A DNA stretch of 62,798 nt, counting the filler. It is 7 parts of 7 records of this genome, joined end to end, with 100 filler letters (N's around TTAATTAATTAA, not from the genome) between each part and the next. Parts side by side here need not be neighbours in the genome. Positions count along the whole stretch, not along the records: positions 56,361 to 62,798 come from SRR2962707_527; 6 more parts are not named here. One strand, 5' to 3'. Both the position numbers and the translations under genes were made by a program. How positions within the stretch are numbered: position 1 is the first letter of the stretch; each line of letters opens with the position of its first letter. Positions 56,639-62,798 of this stretch are shown one piece after another. The notes under the pieces are model-generated. The model saw only the letters and a program-made list of their open reading frames with translations. It searched no databases and was not told the DNA's origin.

Positions 56639-59600
56639 ATGTCGGACTACTCGAAGAACCTTTGGCAGCAAACGAAACTCGGCAATTTTGACGCGCTCAA
56701 GAATGCCATCGCCAAAAACAACCCTGAGCTGGACGTCGACTTTGCGTTCGGCCCCATGCACGAAGCTCTGCTTCATCTCGTCGCTGCAAAGGGGGAGGTG
56801 GAAGTGTGCCAGCTGCTTATTAACAAGGGCTGCAACTTGAACGCCGTGAATCGCCAAGGTGTGACCGCCCTTTACGTTGCCGCCGCAGTCAATGCTCCAG
56901 GCCTTGTGGAATTGCTCATGAAGAGCGGCGCAGATCCCAACACATTGGTTCCGACTGGTCTCTCCACTGGAACTGGAAACGTGTCGGCAGAGTGGCTCGA
57001 AACGTGCCGTGTGGCGCCTTCGCCGCTCCTGGTTGCTTCGCACCGAGGTCTCGCCGATGTTGTGGAGACTATGCTCGGTTTCAGTGCTCTTGACACAGCA
57101 GCTTCCAATGAGCATGGCAACACTGCTCTCCACCTTGCATGCGCGGCTGGTCATCTCAGTGTTGCCCGCCTGCTTGCTGGCCGCATCGACCCGTCCGGTG
57201 TCCGGAACGCTGCTGGCCAAACGGCTTTGGATTTGGCGACTGGCGAGGAGCTTCGTGACGCCCTGTCGAATGTGAGGAGTGCACCAGCAGCAGCGAGCAA
57301 GTCAAGCGAAGATCCTGACACAGTGCTTGCTCGCTGTGGCAGTGAGGTGCCTGAAACGTTTGGCCGCGATCTCGCATTGCAGCTCTACTCCGAGAATTGG
57401 AAGCACCGCGCGGCTGGCCTTGACGGGTTAACTGCGCACATCAAGGAAGGTTCTGGACCGTTCGCAGGCAGTGTGACCGATGAAACTTTCGAAGCCACGT
57501 GTGCCGTTCTCACGGACCTCATCCATGACAAGCACCAGAAAGTGTTTCAAGCTTGTCTGGTTGCCTTGCAGCTGTTTTTCGCAACGGGCCCAGTTGCGAA
57601 TAAGCTTCCTATCACAAAGGACGAAATGCACCCTGCAGTTGAGCTTATTTACGCAGCATTGTTGAAAAAGATGGAATCTGCCCAAGCTCGCCAGGCAAAC
57701 GACGCTACAAAGGCCATTCTTGACCTTGTTATGACTTCGGAGCACCTTGCAGTTTCATCGCTAGTTGAACTCGTCTATGCATACGACCCTGCGCCGGCTC
57801 GTGGCGACGATGGAAACGAGCCCGCAATGACCCCCACTAACCGAGGTAGCAATAACTGGCGCCCGTTGCATGCCCGATTGCGCATTCTTGGAGAACTGGT
57901 GAAACTCTTGGGCGACCGTGAAGGCACCGGACTGGAGGTTGACCGCACGCTGGACGTTGCTCTTCCGTGCTTAGAGAATGCAAGTGTACAGGTGCGCAAG
58001 AGCGCGCTGGAAATCACCGCTGGGTGCCTTGTGCAGCACGCCAAGGCTCAAGCTGCCCGAGGCTCTGGCGGCGGTGGGTCTGCATCGCTTGAAGAAGCTG
58101 TTTTGGAAATCAAAGAGGACTACCTTGGTCCACCGTTAAAGTCTGCTGTCATGAAGCAAGTCATGTCCAAACTGTGCAAGGCGCTCAAAGTCAAGATTCA
58201 CAAAAGCGCCTCCTCTTCCAAGAGCAAGAGCAAGAAAGGCAAGCATTCCAAGTCCAGCAGCCGCAGCAAGTCCAAGAGCGGCCATTCAGATGCCATGGGC
58301 GACGGTGCAGACGACGATGGCGATCATGAGTTCGACGTTCTGCCACTCTCGAAAGAGGATGCTGTGGTTTTCGCCGACGTCACTGCCGAATTTGGTGAGA
58401 CAGTTGCTCAGTATGTGGCATCTCAGAATTGGCAGGCCCGCAAGCGGGGCATCAAGATGATCGTGGATCTTTTGCGGGAGGCAAGCAAAGCCGGATTCCG
58501 CGACAACCCGCGTCGTCTGAAAGCGGCCATTGATGTACTTGCGCGAGCCCTGACGGACACTGTGCAGCACATTTATGTGTCCGGTCTCAAACTGGCCCGC
58601 TTCTTTGGAGAGCTGGCCCAGAAGGAAAGCCGTGCGGAGCAGTCATCATCTGGGCCGACGACTATCGAGCGCTTCTTTGACGCGCTCAGAACACAGGGTG
58701 AGCACGATCTGCTGCCAGTAATCATCAGCAAATTCTCAAACACCAAAGAGCGTGTTCGTAAACAGACGGGTGAGACACTGGCATCGCTCAGCCGCCTTGG
58801 TACAAACCTGCCCGGGCCGGCTGGAAGTCCACCGCGGCGGCTCGGAGTGGAAGCTGTTGTCTCGGCTCTGGTTTCAGAGATTGAAAATGCCAAGGACAAG
58901 GACTCCACGTACCTCGTGAAAAGCCGTCTCGAAACGCTGTGCGCGTTGCTCAGTGAGCATGGTGTGCCCGTTCACCACAAAGATACCCCACCCGCAGGCT
59001 TCTACATGGAGACCAAGACGCTTCTTGACATGGCATCGCAGGCGCTTCTGGCTCGCGACGCTGCGGCTCGTGCGACTGCTGATCAGCTTTTCGAGTACCT
59101 GAGTCGGCAGGTTGGTCGCGACGTGCTGGAAGAGCTTCCCCACCTTTCCGACAATGGCCGCCTGAGACTCAAAGCATGTCTTGCCAAGGTTGAGACGCTG
59201 CAAAATTTCGAAGCAGTCTCTCTCCGCCAGCCTGCTGCGGGTGGCAATGGAGCACCACCTCGTCCTGGTGCTTCAAGCGGGCGACCTGGGGCCTCGAGTG
59301 GACGACCCGGCGCACCAAATGGGCGCCCAAGCGGTGGAAACGGTCGTCTCAGCACGCCAGGGAGTCGGGGTGCCAGCCCGGGAGGCGGCCGCCAGAATCT
59401 CAGCTCTCGTCGCGCACGCTTGCAGTCGGCGGCCGGGCCACGTGCCTGTGATCTCATCACTAAGCTACCGCATGCGGACCCTGTGCCGGCGAAGCTGAGC
59501 AAGGTCGCGGCTCCAATGTACGCATGGTTTGGTGAAGACCTAACACGTTGCTTGTTGGCATCAGACTGGAATCTCCGCCACACGGGCATTGTGGTTTTGC

Positions 59601-61957
59601 GGACGCGTATGTTGCAGGCTTGCAACATGGTGCCACAGGAACAGATCACTGAGGAGGGAAGTATTCCCTCTGACAGCCTTGACATTGTTCAGTTCACCGT
59701 TGATGTGATCGCACGCGCCTGTGATGACCGCATTGCCAAGGTGTATGAGTCGGCAATGGATCTGCTCCATGTGCTTGCAACTAACTACGTCGGGCAGCTG
59801 GTGAAGAACAGCAAGCCCAGTGCGGATCAAGCCTCGCAGCTTGTTGCAACCTTCACGCCGGCAGTGGTTGGAATTCTTCCAAAGTTAAACCACCGCAATG
59901 AGCGGCTCCGCTTCAAGTCGGAGCAATTGCTCCTGCATTTGTGCAGAATTCCGTTTCTGGGACCGCGGTGTATTTCATCGCTAGTGTCCAGCCCTGAGGC
60001 ATTCCGTTCGCACAAGTTCTCCGGGCCTACGCTTGTCGGCATTTTCACGTTTGTTCGCCTGGTAATCGAGGAGTTCGGCATCGGTAGTCGGTCAGGGTTT
60101 GATCCGGACAGCTTGATGGAAGTCCTCGTCCCTGCTCTGGAAAACAAGCATCTTGATGTTCGGAAGGCTGCAACCGAGCTGTACGCGGTATTGTATTTGG
60201 CTGTTGGCGATAACGCGCACCACTTGAACGAGCTCATCAGCGGCCTGAAATCACAAGTAAAGGCCAAGTGCACTTCGGCAGTCAACTTGCTGAAGACCAA
60301 GAATGGTGGTTACTCGCCAGCAAGCTCGCCAGCCAATGCCGATGCAAAGGCTCGCCGGAACAGCGGCACCTTTGGTTCCGCTGAGGCCAATGAGAAGCAG
60401 AAGCATCAGGGCTTAATGCGGCAGCGCATGGAAGACGAGCAGGTCAAGCTCGCGCCGATTTTTGGTGAAGCGGCCAGCAAGAACTTGTGCAATCCAGACT
60501 CCTGGGAGACGCGTGCCACGGCGTTGACTGACCTCAGCAATGCTCTACTGGACGGGGAGGCGCTTGCGGGAGGTGACGATGTGGATCCAGAGAAGTCGTG
60601 GGCCGCCGTTTGCAACGTGATGAAGCAAGGCTTGATGTCACCATGGCCTCTCGAAAACCTTGGGGCGCTGGAACTTATCGGGACGGTCGTAGATGCAATC
60701 CCTGGGATGGAAATCGAAATTCCGTGGGACTCTTGGGAAGCCAGGCTTGTACTTGGCTCGATAGTAAAAAGCCTGGTGGAGAATTCCTCGTCCAAGCACG
60801 TTCGGGTGCGTGAGGTGTCAGCACTTACCCTCTCGCGTGTTGCAGATGCGCATTCAGTCGGTCTTAGTCTCGCTGCACGGTACCTCCTTTCAGAGGTTAA
60901 GCTACCAAACATCAACCCCGATTCTGCTGACCACGCCCAGCGCCTGAATTACGCACGATACGGCCACGGACTGTTGGCAAAGCTGAAGCTGGTGCGCGAG
61001 ATTGTGCGCAACGATTGCTTCTCGGCTGGATGCAGCAATCTCACTCTGGAAGCCGTCCTCACATTTGGGCTTAAGTCATGGGAGCACTCCTCGCACTTGG
61101 TGCAGATGTGGGCCAAGAATGTGTGCGCCGCCGCCTTGCAGGCCGCCGGTGCCGATGTTGCTGCAGAATATGTTGCCGGGCTACCAGCGCAGGTGCAAAT
61201 GAAGCTGCGCCAGTTGTTGCCAGAAATGTCAGCATCGCAACTCGACGAACAGCGCCGAGCCGCGCTAGCAGGGAACGGATCAATGGCCGACTCTGACGGT
61301 GCTGTTGCTAGTGGGGCCGTGCGCGGGCCCACGTTCTCGCCCATCGACACTGAGGCCGGGAGCAAGAGCCGAAGTCGTGCTCTGGCCCATCATCGCGGCC
61401 GCAAACTTAACGTGGACCCACAAGCTGATGAGCTGGCGGTAAATTTCGGCACAGTCAGTTCGCCATCGTTCTCTGCTGGGAATTTACCTCCGTCGGGTCG
61501 CATTCGCCCTCGTCGCAAGAGCAACTTCCGCACCGGCGACAGGTCCAACCTGTCTTCTGCCCCTGCTTCCGATGGATATGCACCTGTGGATTTTAGTGGT
61601 GTCGAAAGCCCAAAAAAACCAGGTTCTGCACCGTGGTTGGGTGGCAATAGCGGCGGCGGTGGAGGCGGCAGTCGAGCTGCCCTTCAAGACGAAGCCCGCA
61701 AAATTGCTCGCGGTCGCAACCGCCAGGAAAAGGTGAGCGTATGTTCTGCATGTTTCGCTGTTGTATGTTGGTTTCGCGATTCATTCTCATTGGGTCACAC
61801 GCTTATCTGCGTTTTGCGGCGGTTCGTTGTTTGTGAATTCGTCTTGCAGGAATCTCTGTCACAAACTGCACCAGCAGGCATGACGGATGACTTGTTCGAT
61901 ATGCTCAACGACACTGGCAAGTCCAAGTCGTCGCGGCGTCGCGGAGGAGGCTGGTAG
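56639..61957 (+). CDS. Ankyrin-repeat + four TOG/HEAT-domain protein (about 1733 aa after removing intron 61733-61849)
   Basis: N-terminal ankyrin repeats (GVTALYVAA, GNTALHLAC); four FG...W..R HEAT-A starts at about 57356, 58388, 59525 and 60458. Confidence 0.8.
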   Translation: MSDYSKNLWQQTKLGNFDALKNAIAKNNPELDVDFAFGPMHEALLHLVAAKGEVEVCQLLINKGCNLNAVNRQGVTALYVAAAVNAPGLVELLMKSGADPNTLVPTGLSTGTGNVSAEWLETCRVAPSPLLVASHRGLADVVETMLGFSALDTAASNEHGNTALHLACAAGHLSVARLLAGRIDPSGVRNAAGQTALDLATGEELRDALSNVRSAPAAASKSSEDPDTVLARCGSEVPETFGRDLALQLYSENWKHRAAGLDGLTAHIKEGSGPFAGSVTDETFEATCAVLTDLIHDKHQKVFQACLVALQLFFATGPVANKLPITKDEMHPAVELIYAALLKKMESAQARQANDATKAILDLVMTSEHLAVSSLVELVYAYDPAPARGDDGNEPAMTPTNRGSNNWRPLHARLRILGELVKLLGDREGTGLEVDRTLDVALPCLENASVQVRKSALEITAGCLVQHAKAQAARGSGGGGSASLEEAVLEIKEDYLGPPLKSAVMKQVMSKLCKALKVKIHKSASSSKSKSKKGKHSKSSSRSKSKSGHSDAMGDGADDDGDHEFDVLPLSKEDAVVFADVTAEFGETVAQYVASQNWQARKRGIKMIVDLLREASKAGFRDNPRRLKAAIDVLARALTDTVQHIYVSGLKLARFFGELAQKESRAEQSSSGPTTIERFFDALRTQGEHDLLPVIISKFSNTKERVRKQTGETLASLSRLGTNLPGPAGSPPRRLGVEAVVSALVSEIENAKDKDSTYLVKSRLETLCALLSEHGVPVHHKDTPPAGFYMETKTLLDMASQALLARDAAARATADQLFEYLSRQVGRDVLEELPHLSDNGRLRLKACLAKVETLQNFEAVSLRQPAAGGNGAPPRPGASSGRPGASSGRPGAPNGRPSGGNGRLSTPGSRGASPGGGRQNLSSRRARLQSAAGPRACDLITKLPHADPVPAKLSKVAAPMYAWFGEDLTRCLLASDWNLRHTGIVVLRTRMLQACNMVPQEQITEEGSIPSDSLDIVQFTVDVIARACDDRIAKVYESAMDLLHVLATNYVGQLVKNSKPSADQASQLVATFTPAVVGILPKLNHRNERLRFKSEQLLLHLCRIPFLGPRCISSLVSSPEAFRSHKFSGPTLVGIFTFVRLVIEEFGIGSRSGFDPDSLMEVLVPALENKHLDVRKAATELYAVLYLAVGDNAHHLNELISGLKSQVKAKCTSAVNLLKTKNGGYSPASSPANADAKARRNSGTFGSAEANEKQKHQGLMRQRMEDEQVKLAPIFGEAASKNLCNPDSWETRATALTDLSNALLDGEALAGGDDVDPEKSWAAVCNVMKQGLMSPWPLENLGALELIGTVVDAIPGMEIEIPWDSWEARLVLGSIVKSLVENSSSKHVRVREVSALTLSRVADAHSVGLSLAARYLLSEVKLPNINPDSADHAQRLNYARYGHGLLAKLKLVREIVRNDCFSAGCSNLTLEAVLTFGLKSWEHSSHLVQMWAKNVCAAALQAAGADVAAEYVAGLPAQVQMKLRQLLPEMSASQLDEQRRAALAGNGSMADSDGAVASGAVRGPTFSPIDTEAGSKSRSRALAHHRGRKLNVDPQADELAVNFGTVSSPSFSAGNLPPSGRIRPRRKSNFRTGDRSNLSSAPASDGYAPVDFSGVESPKKPGSAPWLGGNSGGGGGGSRAALQDEARKIARGRNRQEKVSVCSACFAVVCWFRDSFSLGHTLICVLRRFVVCEFVLQESLSQTAPAGMTDDLFDMLNDTGKSKSSRRRGGGW

Positions 61958-62153
61958 ATCGAATTCTAGCTTGGTTGTTGCGAGAGTGGAAACGTAAACA
62001 AATATGCGTGTTGGCATATGCAATGCATGCCTTCGTCAAGGGCAGTTCATGTATGGTTGCGCTTTTCTGCGTCCTACTTTGTTGGTTCCCACAATAATAT
62101 TTTACAAGTGGTCGACAGCGAGCACAGGTGCTGAGGTATTTATGCGCTGACGA

Positions 62154-62723
62154 TCACGGGCATTGCTGTTCCCACGTGCGGTACTGCTCTTCCGCTCCAC
62201 ATACAGACGCACACTTCGATTTAAATGCACAGTCCACTCCGGACATGTAGCCTCGCCATACGAAGGACTGGGCTCCCAACGCCTGCGACACCCCCGTGTA
62301 GTTCGCTCGCCCGCCGGGCTGGTCCATAGTAAAGTGGTCGGAGAAAGGAGTTGTGTTGTTGTACGCGACTAAGTCGCCCACCCACCCTCCGTGCCGGTCC
62401 TCGCTGAAGACACCTAGGAAGTCGGCAACCTTGGTTGTGCCATCCGGGTGCACCCCAGCCCCGGAACAAAAGACGCCTTCCTCCGAACCGTTGCAGCTGC
62501 ACAGGCAGAAGTACCCGTCGTAGTGCTGCTTGAACCCCGAGTCTGCGTACCAGCCAGACTCGTTCCAGTGCTGCGCTCCAACAAACAGGCTTGCGGGCAA
62601 TGAGTTGGCGGTCAGACTTGGGTTCCCGTGGTCAGCCGTGGGTGCCGAAACAGGGTGCGGCCGAAGGTAGGACGCCTGCCCCACACTGAGCCCAGCAAGG
62701 GCGAAAACGGACGCTTTCAGCAT
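62154..62723 (-). CDS. Secreted cysteine-rich protein of unknown function (189 aa)
   Basis: Signal peptide MLKASVFALAGLSVGQA; 8 Cys; intronless. Confidence 0.7.
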   Translation of the reverse strand: MLKASVFALAGLSVGQASYLRPHPVSAPTADHGNPSLTANSLPASLFVGAQHWNESGWYADSGFKQHYDGYFCLCSCNGSEEGVFCSGAGVHPDGTTKVADFLGVFSEDRHGGWVGDLVAYNNTTPFSDHFTMDQPGGRANYTGVSQALGAQSFVWRGYMSGVDCAFKSKCASVCGAEEQYRTWEQQCP

Positions 62724-62798
62724 TGCAAGAAGAAAAAACCGAAATGAATTAAATGAAGTGCCGATTCCGCCCAAATGAACAACGGAAAAAAAAATAAG

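Noticed and set aside
10694-62723. Alternative genetic code or introner-like repeated introns in the eukaryotic contigs
   Set aside because: All in-frame stops I traced are explained by introns, TAA, TAG and TGA all end genes, and I saw no sequence similarity between introns

Overview
The window is seven unrelated contigs joined by 100-nt artificial spacers (N-run, TTAATTAATTAA, N-run). Two contigs are bacterial and five are intron-rich eukaryotic. Contig 1 (1-10392, GC-rich, alphaproteobacterial) looks like one complete tRNA-targeted island or excised circle. It has an identical 29-bp sequence at both ends, a tRNA-3'-like core, a decayed P4-type integrase and a second tyrosine recombinase cut off at the core. 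Its cargo is a GntR-regulated operon: TRAP transporter, PdxA-family enzyme, lyxonate-type dehydratase, KDA dehydratase and KGSA dehydrogenase. This matches the lower half of the bacterial L-ascorbate pathway (2-carboxy-L-lyxonate to 2-oxoglutarate) without the upper half. Contig 3 (18230-37199) is Rhodospirillales-like (Thalassospira-type) chromosome with glnA, three TPR-sulfotransferases, GGDEF, EAL and class III cyclase genes, hydrolases, PhyH and adenosine deaminase. The eukaryotic contigs (a protist, possibly a stramenopile; inferred) encode two kinesins, RMI1, importin-5, SUV3, an LRR protein with an apparent signal peptide, a WD40 protein, an ankyrin + 4xTOG protein and a secreted Cys-rich protein. 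They also carry a two-exon microgene missed by the ORF track that resembles ATP synthase subunit i/j. All assignments come from motif recognition by eye; no database search was run.
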